A DNA stretch of 64,000 nucleotides from the NCBI RefSeq assembly GCF_006345805.1, contig NC_043002.1, positions 76,012,001 to 76,076,000 on the forward strand, written 5' to 3'. This DNA comes from Octopus sinensis (Eukaryota). The notes under the pieces were generated by a model, which was given only the letters and a program-made list of their open reading frames with translations, was not told where the DNA came from and made no database searches. Position 1 is the first letter of the stretch; every line of letters starts with the position of its first letter. Positions 51,538-64,000 of the stretch are shown one piece after another. The position numbers were made by a program, and so were the translations under genes.

Positions 51538-51868
51538 AGGAGATCCCCTTCCGTCATGAATGACTATGGGACTGCACCTAGAAAGTTACTGTCCGATGCA
51601 CAAGTCCGGGCAAGGTTGTTTTTTGAAGGCTAGCAGCCACCCATACATACCAGCCTCTCTTCTCCACACCACTGATGTTATCCAAGCGAAAGGCAAAGGC
51701 CGATACGGCTTGGCCCCAGTGATGTCGCAACTTATTTCAGCTGAGTTAACTGGAGCAACGTGAAATAAAGTGCCTTGCTCAAGAACAACACGCTGCCCGG
51801 TCTGAGAATCGAACTCACATCCTTACGATCGTAAGCTCGACGTTCTAACCACTGAGCCATGCTCCTTC
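51538..51868 (-). mobile_element. SINE family C, full length
   Basis: Reverse-complement homologue of 5097-5388, with tRNA head GGCTCAGTGGTTAGAACG...GAGTTCGATTCTC. Confidence 0.85.
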
Positions 51869-51897
51869 ACACACACACACATATATACACATGTATA

Positions 51898-51933
<36 letters not shown>

Positions 51934-52289
51934 TGTATGTATATATATACAGACACAATGTATGCATATACAAGCAGACAGATAGATATATATTTAACTT
52001 CATGTTACGCACACTCGCCTTCTCACAGAAGCAAAACTTATATGATGGTCCGAGCACAAGAGCAAAAGGAATATTTAAGTAAAAATTCCAGGTGTGTCTT
52101 AGAACTGTTACTGAACTAATGGTAACAGGCCTTGCTAGACACTATTCATATCAGATGCTTACAGCCACGGTTGTATGGTTAAGAAGCCCTATTTGTAACC
52201 TTGTACCTTCAGTTTCAAACCCACTGTGGGCATCTTGGATAAGTGTCTTCTACAATAGCCTCAGGGCTAATCAATTATTTTGTAATCGA

Positions 52290-53192
52290 ATTTGATGGGC
52301 GAGAAAATTTTATGCTGGCGAGTTTAGCTTGGACGATGACAGTTGCAGTGGAAGACCTTCAAAATTGGATGATGTTTTGAAGACAAAAATCGAAGAAAAC
52401 TCAAATATCACGACTAGAGAACTTGTAGAGGAGTTGGAAGTTTCTAAAAGTACGGCTCATGAACACCTAGTGAAGCTATGATACATTTCTCGCTATAATG
52501 TATGGTTTCCTTACAAACTCTCAGAAAAGAATTGCTTGGACCAGTATTCTTTTTGTGATATGCTTTTGGAACGGAATGAAAACATATCCTTTTTGAATCA
52601 ACTTTGAGTGGGAATAAAAAAACTGGATTGTGTACGAAAACGTAATGCGAAAAAGATCCTGGAGGTTGCATAAGGATAACCCAAACAGAAACCAAAGACG
52701 AATATCCATGTCAAAAAAGCTATGTTTGGTGGGATCATAAAGGCATTATTTATTATGAGCTTCTGCCACAAAACCATACCATTAGTTCACCAAAACATCA
52801 TAGAATTGAGGCAGGATATTGCCAACAAGACAATCACGACCAGATGTGACTTTGGCTAGCCGAATAAAGTTAAAGGAACTTGACTAGGATCTCTATCCCC
52901 ATCGTCCATATTCTCCTGATATTGCGCCATCCGACTATCACTTGTTTTTGTCTCTACAGAACTCATTTCAAGGGAAAACATTTAACGATTGAAATGGAAT
53001 CACAATGCATCTAAACAAAGTTATCTGGATAACATTTTTTCTTCAAAACTTGTTAAATTTTATGCTGATGGAATATTGAAATTGTTTGATAAATTAATAA
53101 AAATGAAAATTATTTCATTGAATGTAATTTATTGAAAGGTCAATTATTTATATCCCCTTTGGCATATTAAAAAAAACGCCGTACAACTTAAT
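52290..53192 (+). mobile_element. Degraded mariner transposase relic (cecropia/Hsmar1-like)
   Basis: Frameshifted motifs DD.CSGRPS, W(F)PYKL (cf. WVPHEL), KNWIVYENVMRKRSW, D HKGIIYYELLP, HRPYSPDIAPSDYHLFLSLQN. Confidence 0.8.
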
Positions 53193-53269
53193 GTGTGTTT
53201 GTGTGTGTGTCTCTCGTGACCTACATACTGAGTGAGTCCACTGGCTGACCCACACGGTCTGCTACATAA

Positions 53270-54201
53270 GGTGTGTAATAGATCATGCTGGATATCACAC
53301 TGGTAGACGGGGGACGACTGCATGACCAGGCTTATGGCTGATTAGACCTGTCTTTGAGAAGGAGACACAACCGCACTGCTTACACGAAACTCTTCTGTAC
53401 CCATGTCAGCGAGAAAGTTCACATCATCCATATTTTTACAAGCACGTATCAACTCAATGTATACCACCCTATCATTCTTGAATTATTTAACTGCAGTAAC
53501 ACTCTGATTCCTCCACAGCTCTCCATCTCTGTTAGTGTTGATATTGATGTATCTTAAGATTGTCTTTGAAGTGCTTTCTTAGCTTGCACAGGAAATATTT
53601 TTCATGCTCCAGCTCACCATACAACACCTGTTTTGGCATTCGGTTGCGCTCTAAACAGACAAGCTGTCCATACACATTAAATTAGTGATTCATGATTATA
53701 GGGTCGATACTTGTCATTTTCGGTACATGAGATTGTCATGATATCTTAAGGATATTACGCAAGCATCGTTAGAGGAATCGCTCGAGACGTTTGATATCCC
53801 TGCGGTAGATTGTTCAGGTCTCGCATCCATGCAACAGCGTTGTTAAGATGCATACATGATGGACCTCAACTTCCGTTGCTGCTTTGATGTCCAATGCAAC
53901 TAGAGACTCGGTTCAATCTTTTCAAATGCGACACAGACCTTAGAAGTCTCTAATCGACCTCCTCGCCAAATATTTTAATTCTAGATTGTGCGCTACCAAG
54001 GTAGACAAAAGTATTCGCGACTTTCAACATTTTATCCTAGACGAATATCGATGGTAGGATACATGGCTTGCCTGGTGCTAGTTGTAGCATGACTACCATA
54101 TTCTTAAGACTGGTTGCAAGTCCAAACTCATCACACGTGGCAGCAGAGTAGTTCATCAGGAGCTGATTGCAGTCGTTAGCATAAAAGAGATCACGAATGA
54201 G
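53270..54201 (-). mobile_element. RTE (BovB-like) LINE, 3' part: RT motif to C-terminal zinc finger, degraded
   Basis: Minus strand reads LIRDLFYANDC (cf. IRELLFADDC), FVYLGS and terminal C.QCGC...GLISH. Confidence 0.7.
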
Positions 54202-54218
54202 AGTCTAGCCACAACTTA

Positions 54219-54447
54219 TTTCTTTAATGCCCACAAAGGGATAAACATATAGGGGACAAACAAGGACAGGCAAAGGGGTTAAGTCGATTACATCGACCCC
54301 AGTGCGTAACTGGTACTTAATTTATCGGTCCCGAAGGGATGAAAGTCAAAGTCGACCTCGGCGGAATTTGAACTCACAACGTAACGGCAGACGAAATACT
54401 GCTAAGCATTTCTCCCGGCATGCTAACGTTTCTGCCGGCTCGCCGCT
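54219..54447 (-). mobile_element. SINE family A, tail 1, fused downstream of U6
   Basis: Full head-core-tail similar to 425-655. Confidence 0.9.
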
Positions 54448-54455
54448 TTCTTTTT

Positions 54456-54558
54456 ATATGGAACGCTTCATGAATTTGCGTGTCATCCTTGCTCAGGGGC
54501 CATGCTAATCTTCTCTGTATCGTTCTAATTTTAGAATATGTACCACCGTAGCTAGTAC
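54456..54558 (-). pseudogene. U6: Full-length U6 snRNA retropseudogene
   Basis: The minus strand is colinear with human U6 as recalled from memory (93/103 identical, no gaps). ACAGAGA box and AGC triad are intact. There is no oligo-T terminator (AAAAAGAA follows) and no promoter context (upstream is LINE sequence). Confidence 0.93.
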
Positions 54559-54581
54559 CATCTTAGTCTAGCTGCATCTTA

Positions 54582-55088
54582 TCATACAAAAGAAAGTCAA
54601 TCTACTTCGTGAAGCTGCTATCGGTTCCGCAATTAAAACGCATTTCCTGCGGTGCAGCATTTAGCAGGGTTTTCTCAGAGTTCCTCTGAATATTTTATGA
54701 CACTACGGTCGCAACGTAACTCGAAACTATGCACGGCAGTGATTAGTATTTATGAGTCAACGTTTGTCTGTCTCCAAGATGAAAGAAGTAGCTTTAATGG
54801 GGATCTGGAAACAGTTCTGAGAAACGTTGACGAGAATAACAAACTTGTATTTCTGGGAGATATAAATACCTGTGTACGACGTGATTCTGAACTTTGGAGT
54901 AGCATAGGAAATCACGGAATGGAGAGTGTAACACGAATGAGCTATTCCTATTACAACTGTGTCAGGAGTTAGACATAGTCATAAGCAATAATTGGTTTAG
55001 GCAAAAGAATATATATAAGGCTATTTGGAAGCATCCAGCTTCAAGTCATTCGCATATACTCGATTATGTAATAGTCCGTAGAAAAGAG
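54582..55088 (+). mobile_element. RTE (BovB-like) APE endonuclease fragment, inverted relative to the RT part
   Basis: REAAIGSAIKTH (cf. REAGVGFAIK), FMTLR, KLVFLGDINTCV (cf. LIILGDFNARV), WKHP...LDYVIVRRK. Confidence 0.75.
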
Positions 55089-55535
55089 ATACATGTATAC
55101 ATACGCACATATATATATGCATATATTTACATACCTATTTATATATGTATTTCTATATATGCAAACGCGTATATACGTGTGTGTGTATCTGTATCTGTGT
55201 GTTTATAATTGTATATGTATATGCATATATGTGCACACACATATACACATGTATAATATATAATATGTATATGCATATGCGTATATGCAATCATGGTTGT
55301 GGTCGCATAATTTTTGTGCGCAAAATTTTCTTACACAATACATGCATACATCGTTATACAAAATCTATTTGCACATTTACATACATAAATGCATACATAT
55401 CCTTATACACATGTCTTGTTGTTATGAGTGTATTTACTTAATATATATAATAATAGATAGCTTATACTTACACATACATATATACACATACATATATACA
55501 TGCATATCTATATATATGTATGTACATGCATAATT

Positions 55536-55571
<36 letters not shown>

Positions 55572-56596
55572 GCACACACATATATATGCGTGTGTACATA
55601 TTCCACATACACCCTCGTACTCATACAAACATTCACAAGCTTACAATGTTGACGAATTGCTATCTATTTCATCATATATCGGGGCCATTCTACCGAAACC
55701 TATTGAGTATATACAATTATTTTATATTGCTCTCTTTTTTACTTTTCTGTATTTTTTTGTCATTGATTCCATCAATATAATCTATACCTTATTCATAACA
55801 CAATATCAGATCTCACATGCAATTGTAATCCATAGAGCCAGTGATGGCGAAGGTGGTGAAGGTGATTGAGGTGGCATCGGTGGTGGTGGTGGTGGTGGTA
55901 GTGGTGGTGGCAGTAGCGCTGTTGATGTTCCTGGCAGGGTATCTGTTGGTGTATATATGTGTGTGTGTGTGTGAGTATATGTCAGTGGGAGTGTGTGGAG
56001 CGGGGTGGGGGTGGGGGAAGAAAACATGTTATCAACTTGACAATAGACCCGAATATTGAGAAAGAATACAGAACAAAGAAAAACAAATAATAATAATAAT
56101 AATAATAATAAACAGACAGAAATACATAAAGACACAACCAGTCATACTTACATATAAGAACGCGCAGACTAGTATATACTTACATACTCATGTACACGCG
56201 CTTGTACATACATAATATCACTCATATCGCATACAGATATTGTCACTACAACATACGAAGCAACAAAAAATTAAATGTATTGTTGGAAAAGTTATATTCA
56301 TATTCACGTACACACACACACACACTCACACACACACACGCACACACACACACACACCACTTAGGGCCTTTTGTTCATTATATGTGTGTGTGTAGTTCTA
56401 TATAGGCCTCTGTATGTCTGTGTGTGTGTGTTTGTGTGTACGTGCGCACAATAAGAGCAAGTGCACGCAATACAGGTTTTAGAGTATAATCGTCCATTTT
56501 GACCATAAACTACACAGAAACTCATATATGCACCCAGGCGCACGGACACACACACACACATAAAAAAATATATATATATCTTTGTATGTATGTATG

Positions 56597-56655
<59 letters not shown>

Positions 56656-57085
56656 GCATGTATGTATATATATATGTCTTTGCATATCTCTGTGTGTATG
56701 CAGACATATTCTTTTCTGAGACATGCAGAGACACACAATGGTCTGCATTATTCATTCCTACATAAATATGTGAAAACAGACGCCTGATACCCGTGAATCT
56801 TCAACAAAAGAACTATTCTTTGTTTTGTTACTGACCTGCTCTTATTATTTTGCTTAGAAAAAGCCACTAACACACAGGCACACTCACACACGCACACACA
56901 CAGACACACACACACACACGCACATACACACAAACATATATATATATATATATTTGTATGTATATATATGCTTACAATTATGAATGCAGTTACACAAGTA
57001 TGTCAATGCAAATACGTCTTAGTGTGCATATATATTTGCTTCTCTCTCCCGTTATATATATATATATATATATATATACACAAAA

Positions 57086-57119
<34 letters not shown>

Positions 57120-57577
57120 ACATAAATGCATGATAATACATTTATGCATATGTGAATAATGATTTCAGGTACCACAAGCACCAATGCACCAATTTGAGAT
57201 AAATAAAGAGAGTTGAGAAACACGTTCATAAACGGTACGCAGTCACGTATCTATCGCTTCCCGGGCGACCGTGACTTAGTTCTTATATAGCGAAATATGA
57301 GATTATTTCCCGTGCCAAATATCGAATTTAAAGGTGGCTCCTTGCTGTGTTGTATACAAGTAAATACAACATATAATGTTGATAAACATAATAAGCTAAG
57401 TCTTGTTACGCTAATTGACAAGCTTAGTTTATAATTCAGAGACTAATCTAGTTTAGTTTACAAAAGGAAAAAAGAAAAGCGTGATAGTTACTTTGTAATA
57501 TAGCCGATAATGTTCACCCCCGGTAATCGACAGAATCAGGTTCTGTTTCTCCTCAGTTCATTTTTTTTTTAATTGTA

Positions 57578-57945
57578 GGAGTGTGGCTGTGTGGTAAGTA
57601 GCTTGCTTACCAACCACGTGGTTCCGGGTTTAGTCCCCCTGCGTGGCACCTTGGGAAAGTGTTTTCTACTATAGCCTCGGGCCAACCAAAGCCTTGTGAG
57701 TGGATTTGGTAGACGGAAACTGAAAGAAGCCCGTCGTATATATGTATGTGTGTGTGTGTATATGTTTGTGTATCTGTGTTTGTCCCTCCAATGTTGCTTG
57801 ACAACCGATACTGGTGTGTTTACGTCCCCGTAACTTAGAGGTTCGGCAAAAACTGACCGATAGAATAGGTACTAGGCTTACAGAGAATAAGTCCTGGAGT
57901 CGATTTGCTCGTCTAAAGGCGGTGCTCCAGCATGGCCACAGTCAA
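57578..57945 (+). mobile_element. SINE family E
   Basis: Head GGAGTGTGGCTGTGTGGTAAGTAGC, CORE-like ACCTTGGGAAAGTG, tail GGCGGTGCTCCAGCATGGCC. Confidence 0.85.
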
Positions 57946-58135
57946 ACTCTTTTAAGTTTCTTGCCTAGATATTGTCTCATCCGGGATCTCGGTGAGCCAG
58001 AGGTCAAGTTCCTGTTTGAAAACGTTTACATCCAATCCGTGAAGGCTCCTCAGATGCTTCGGCAGACAATTATAGAGCTGCGAGCCCCTGAAACCCAAGC
58101 TATTGTAGCACATCGTCCTTGCTCGAGATGATGCA
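57946..58135 (-). pseudogene. C-terminal fragment of a CR1/L2-group LINE ORF2
   Basis: Minus frame NSLGFRGSQLYNCLPKHLRSL...VFKQELDLWLTEIPDE resembles the usual 'N.LP..IR...FK..LD..L' terminus. Confidence 0.6.
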
Positions 58136-58136
58136 G

Positions 58137-58370
<234 letters not shown>

Positions 58371-58589
58371 ATAAATCTCTGAACGAGGTATGAACAGAAG
58401 CTGCAACACATCGTGAAGTATATTTGCCACTTAAATGTGGCTAACCCCTAAGGGTGGATGCTACTGTAGCTTGTAGCCCCAAAAGGATACCTCCTCCAGC
58501 CGGCTATTGACACGCTTGCTGTGCCCTATCAGTATTTGCAAAGTAATAGGGCACTTTCTGTGCCCTATCAGTATTTGCAAAAAATATAT

Positions 58590-58641
<52 letters not shown>

Positions 58642-59234
58642 CATACAGACAGACAGACAGGCAGATATACACACACATATATATATATATATATGCACAC
58701 ACAAAGTGGAAATTGTGAGTACATGAACATGTGCGACTCCTACAGTTATATCTAGAGTTCCACGTATATTATCATATCCCGGTCTGCTTTCTATGTAGTT
58801 GTTAAGCAACTTCTAAACTGAGTGGTATATGTAGTTATGAACTACAGACCAAATGTAGGAGAAACAGGCTAAACACAAGTTTATATTATACTTCCTATGC
58901 GCATTTCACCCTTATGGTTGTTAACCTGTATCCATCTTCATTTTTCATATATATTATATTATAGTATATCGTATTATATCATATTACATTATGTTATACT
59001 CTTTCATATCATATTTATATTTATATTACATATATATAATGCATATACGTGTAAATCATATGTATAAATATAAATGTATAAATACATATATATATGTATA
59101 GTATATATATATGTGTGTGTGTGTATCTGTATATGTATGTTTGTGTATGCGTGTGCTCGTGTGTTCGTGTGTTCGTGTGTGTGTGTGTGTGTGTGTGTGT
59201 TGGGATGACACAAACTGCAATTTCTTATAAGGGG

Positions 59235-59607
59235 AATGATGACAGTGTTAAGAGATCACGCTAGGAAAATCAGAAAATCCATGCTAAAAATCAAATACGC
59301 ACCACAAAATGTATTATGACAAAATGGCCATACTCTGATAAGTAGCGTTTGCCACGTTGACAAGGAGATTAAGAGAAATCGTCCTGATATTAACGTCAAA
59401 CAACATCATTAAAATATCTCTTAATCGACGTGTAAGTTCCAATGGAATTGATACGTCGATACGTCAATATATTCATGAAAGAAATGGGGAATATATCCCA
59501 ATATAAAACCTGGAAAACGAGATATCCAGAATTGGAGGGGACTGATAACAGAGACAATTCCTGCTATAATAGGTGCCTTAGGTATAATAAAAAGATACGC
59601 AGACAAA

Positions 59608-59608
<1 letters not shown>
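59235..59608 (+). pseudogene. Degraded R4/Dong-like RLE fragment
   Basis: DKEIKRNRPDINV...LIDV, QYKTW (cf. KYKDL), ETIPAIIGALGIIKRY. Confidence 0.6.
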
Positions 59609-59704
<96 letters not shown>

Positions 59705-59964
59705 TATATATATATAATATATAAAAGCAAATATCCGTTGACTTACAGATAGATAATATTCAGTAAATAACCATAATAGATACTACATACATACAAATAT
59801 ACATGCAAATATGTATGCATAAATACATGTATGTATGTATATTGATGTATGTATAACGTAAAGTACTCACGATTTTGCAGGAAAGCCCGACACAAAGCAT
59901 ACTCCCATTAGACCACATACACAAACATAATAAAAAAAAAAATAATAATAATAATAATAATAAT

Positions 59965-60165
59965 AATCCTTTCTATTAAGGACACAAGGCCTAGAATTTG
60001 AGGGGAAGGGGATAGGCAATCGCATCGACCCCAACGCGTAACTGGTACTTAATTCATCGACCTCGAAATGATGAAAGACAAAGTAGACCTCGCCGGAAGC
60101 GGCTGGCGAAATAGCGCTAAGCGTTTTGCGCGGTGTGCTAACGATTCTACAAGCTCGCCACCTTA
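59965..60165 (-). mobile_element. SINE family A, tail 2 with (ATT)n tail and internal deletion
   Basis: Core and head motifs. The tail AGAAAGGATTATTATT continues into (AAT)n on +. Confidence 0.8.
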
Positions 60166-60192
60166 ATGCTAATGCTAATAATAATAATAATG

Positions 60193-60262
<70 letters not shown>

Positions 60263-60280
60263 TAACAGCAACATCAACAA

Positions 60281-60815
60281 AATGCAATACTAGGCACTGG
60301 TTCTCATGGCTTCTGATCCTCTGATTGGAAGCGTTACCGTGTATATTGTTTTGTCTCGGTATAAAAGATGAGCTACAGCAAATATTCTGCTCAATACGAT
60401 AGATTTACTGGTCCATTGCTTAATCTTAATCAGTTCAGCGTATTCTTTGGCGGCTGATGATATGTGCATCTCTGATCACGAGCAGAAGTAGTAGGGGAGC
60501 ATCATAGCCATGTGTTGAGAGGAATTCTTTCGGGGGTTTGGATGATTCCCCTTTGGAAACATGAGTGTTTAGTTCAACACCCTTAAACAACCCTTATTCA
60601 GGGACCTTTTGAGTGAGCTGGGCTACTCGACATGAAGAAAATTTTAACTGGGCCCTACGTTGTTTATCTTGATATGGGATCACCATGTCGCTCACATTTG
60701 GTTGTGACGCATGTGCCTGTTGTACCCTTATCAGACGGGTAGTCATGATGGGTATACGGGGCTTCGTATATTTTACCCCAATGTCACTTTGATGGCATGC
60801 ACTGCACTCTCACTC
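60281..60815 (+). mobile_element. Second copy of non-coding element F in (TAA)n
   Basis: Colinear with 50497-51016. Confidence 0.75.
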
Positions 60816-60879
60816 AATAATAATAATGATAATAATTATTATTATTATAATGATAATCATAATTATAATAATAATATTT

Positions 60880-61290
60880 TCTACTATACGCAGAAAGCCT
60901 GCTTTTGTTTTCGATTTTTGGGGGTCAATGTAGTTGATTACATCGACTCTAGTGCTCAACTGGCACGTATTTCATCGATCCCGAAAGTATGAAAGGCACA
61001 GTCGACCTCGGTGATATTTGAACTCAGAACGTACTTTCAGAGGAAATACCACTAAGCATTGTTTCCGGTGTGCTAACGATTCAGCCAAATAGGGATAATA
61101 TTTTGTACTATAGGTACAAGATCTGAAAGTTTCGGGGAGGGGTTCAGTTGAGTACACCAATACCAGTGTTCCACTGATACTTATTTTATCGATCCCGAAA
61201 TCATAAAAGGCAAGTTTATGCTGGCGGTATATGAAGAAAATGCTGCTTAGCAATTTTCTGTCGTGGTAACGGTTTTGCTATAGCTCGCCG
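60880..61290 (-). mobile_element. Two diverged SINE family A copies
   Basis: Cores at ~60975-61025 and ~61185-61230. Confidence 0.7.
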
Positions 61291-63260
61291 CTGTGGAACG
61301 AAAGAGCGGCTGTTAATTGACAAATCTATATATATAAAACTGTAGTTGTGTGAGTGTCTGTCCCCTTCGATTTAGATTCCTAACTACTCCCACATTTTGC
61401 GGTGCAGTTTAACCAAATTCGTGTATCTTATAGTCGTGATTCATATCGAGCCCGTCTGAGTATTAGCGCGCGTCTACGATGAGTCTACGATTTTAAAAAT
61501 AATTTAACATCATTTTCTATTCCATTTTAATGCATAATTTTTCGTGTGTCGATGGCGGCGGAGTTGGCGTCCATGGTCACACCTGCACTTGTTTGCTTCT
61601 CCCCCTTCTTCCCTCCCTCGTGAAGCTGTGGGGAAGGGAGTGTAAGGAAATCAACGTCGTAAAGCGTTGTCAAGGAGACCAGCGTTCTTTTAGAACAACG
61701 ACTTCATGGCTTGAAGACACCAAAACAGAAATGGCTAAGAAAGCCCGAATTGGCATCTATAAGGGAAGTAACTCTCTAAAAATGCTTATATAGTTATTTC
61801 CCTTACAAACCCGAGCAACGCCGGGCGATACTGCTAGTTAATTATAAGAAGCTGCAAGGGAAGACATACAAACCTGAGCGTGGCTGGGATGGACTATCGT
61901 AAGGCGTATGATACGATTTCACACTCTTTATCATCAAACACTATGGAAATGTATGGAGTAGCAGAAAACATGAAATGCTTATATGGAACCGTATGAAATG
62001 TTGAAGAACTGAACTGACAGCAGAAGATCAGCTATTAGGAGAGATGAAAATCGGTGGAGGAATCTTCCAGCGCGTCAGTGTATCCCTACTAGTCTTTGTG
62101 ATGGGAACTGAAATATTGCAGAAGGCAAAAGTTGGGGTATGATCTTGGAAGTGGTAAGTGAAAATTTAATTAGCTACCATTCATGGATGACTGAAAGTTG
62201 TTCACAAAAAGTGAGCCAGAACTGGACAACCTTGTTCAGTCGGAGCGGATTTTCTCAAATGGTATCACAATGGAGCTTGAACTTTGAAAATGTGCCATGA
62301 TGGGGATAAGACGAAGAAAGCATACCTATGCCCTCTATCAGGACAGAGGGCATAGGTATGCCCAGTGGTGAAATGATGAAGGTCGTATTGAAAGCAGAGA
62401 GAAAGTACAAAAAGGGCATGAAGGGACTATACAATCAATTCCATGTGACCACATCCGAAGCTACTGCAAAACAAGTGTGACTGGCTGATGAAAGGAACAT
62501 GGAAAAAGGAGACTGAGAGCACCATACTAGTATTGCAATACCAAGCTCTAGCCATAAATTGAGACGGAACCTTAGGAAGGAGCACGTGTCTCCATTGTGC
62601 CGCGTCTGTAATAGAATGGACAAAACTATTGCCATATCGTGAATGCCCTAGACTTGCAGAAAGCCATTATAGCAAAACAAAAAGGGGTTAACATTAAGAA
62701 CAAAGTAATTGCAATCACTACATTGAGACAGTTGATAAGATCCTTTCTAGCTGCCCAGTGTTTGCCAACTCTGGTACCTTCACAGTCGGATGCCTACGGA
62801 GTGATATTGATCGTGTTATCGCACATGTCCACCAACATTTCGACATGAAAGCGTAATTGTATAAAGTTTTACCAAACGTGGTTCATGACATTGATCATGC
62901 TACAATCAACTGGGATACCCCTATCGAGACTTACAATGAGATCAGGACAAACCAGGCAGATATAATTCTCAAAGGCTGATTTGAAAAATCTGTGTATTCT
63001 GATGACCATCGTGATATCTTCTGACCCTGACAATATTTCAAAGAATGTCAAGAATCTAACAATCTACCAGGATCTTGAAATTAAAGTAAGCAGAATGTGG
63101 CCGTAAAAGTTAAAATAATATCTATCAGAAATGAAAGGCTACAAATAAAAAATATTGGATAAACACATTAAATTCATGCGGGAGTCTGTATATGAACACA
63201 GAGCTGAAAAATCTCTCTTCAACGTCCACGGCATATACTCTGTTGAAAAAAAAAACAAAG
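61289..63260 (+). mobile_element. Old R4/Dong-like LINE (RT + RLE), heavily degraded, interrupted by a Helitron
   Basis: GTKERLLIDK|LIIRSCKGRHTNLSVAGMDYRKAYD, GGIFQRVSVS (cf. RGIFQGDSLS), FMDD, LCRVC, NQADII, YQDLEIKVSRMW. Confidence 0.8.
61325..61837 (+). mobile_element. 513-bp non-autonomous Helitron with exact boundaries
   Basis: A|TCTATATATATAAAA ... CCCGAGCAACGCCGGG-CGATACTGCTAG|T with no TSD. Removing it restores the host LINE RT frame (GAC AAA|TTA ATT). Confidence 0.92.
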
Positions 63261-63788
63261 AGAATAGAACAATTGACATAACACATAATCTAAACACGCT
63301 ATCGAATTGAATACAATAATGCAGGGGTCGGGGAGCTTTTTAAACCAATTAACCCTAAAAATATTTATTTATGTGGACGTTACCCCTTGATTTGAAAGGA
63401 AGAAAATCGTAGATTCTTTGAATTTAAAAGGTTTATTGAATCTATTTATATGAAGAATACAATTATGAATATAAAAAGTATAAAACAAATGCGATAAAAT
63501 AAATTCATATTCTCATTATGAAACAAAAGGATTTTTCTAGAAACTTTTTACATTTCAGGTTTTGGAGAAAGGATGATGTTTCACTTTTGATGCAATTACA
63601 TCAAAATTGGGGCATTTTGATGCCAGAGCAATTTGGATACAATCTTCGGGGTCCAATTGATTACTCTGCTTTGTTCTTAAGTTCATTTAGAATAGAAAAT
63701 TCTAGTTTGGAAAGGTAGATTGTTGCAAAAGGCAGCAACTTTTGGACTGACTTTTCATGCTAGAAGAAAAATTTCTATCGTAACACGC

Positions 63789-64000
63789 TTTTTACCTCCG
63801 CCTTCACTAAGGCGGAGGTATTGTTTTCAGGCGTGTTTGTCGTTTGAACGTGGACAGAATATCTCAAGAACCGCTGAATGGATTCGGATGGATGTTTCAG
63901 AGACGTTTGGCCTTGTGACTGGCACGAACTGATTAGATTTTGTGATCGATCCGGTATCGGACAAGGATTCTGGATTATTTTTCCTGTTTCTTTAACTTAA
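63789..64000 (+). mobile_element. Helentron-associated (HINE/DINE-like) element, 5' part, runs off the window
   Basis: TTTTT ACCTCCGCCTT-CACT-AAGGCGGAGGT hairpin followed by the typical body ...GAACCGCTGAATGGATTC...GATTAGATTTTG..GATCCGG. Confidence 0.6.

Noticed and set aside
54456-54558. Functional U6 gene
   Set aside because: No oligo-T terminator, no upstream promoter context, substitutions in conserved positions, and it lies within a TSD.

Overview
AT-rich, microsatellite-saturated animal genomic DNA, most likely intronic or intergenic octopus (coleoid cephalopod) sequence; the species call is an inference from repeat content. I found no convincing host protein-coding gene, and nearly all ORFs in the track are translated microsatellites. 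The window is a mosaic of mobile elements. These include about 28 copies of one tRNA-headed SINE with a Deu/Nin-like core, several other SINE families, and R4/Dong-type RLE LINEs, mostly embedded in (TAA)n arrays. There is also an RTE LINE with a 5' inversion, two mariner relics, Tc1 and pogo fragments, three Helitron-type elements, a Helentron/HINE end, and Penelope-like (PLE) terminal fragments. There is a 100-N gap at 10867-10966. The most notable structures are: (1) a tRNA-Asn-headed element carrying an intact minimal type I hammerhead ribozyme plus a 22-bp inverted duplication of its own 5' end (26746-27035), one of three distinct core-intact hammerhead families here; (2) a full-length U6 snRNA retrocopy fused to a SINE, the pair enclosed by one 17-bp TSD (54202-54581); (3) a 3.3-kb stack of TAA-targeted retroelements sitting in the (ATT)n tail of a SINE (47700-51035); (4) a 240-bp near-perfect foldback palindrome (23076-23315). 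Novelty was not checked against any database, and many boundaries of degraded repeats are approximate.
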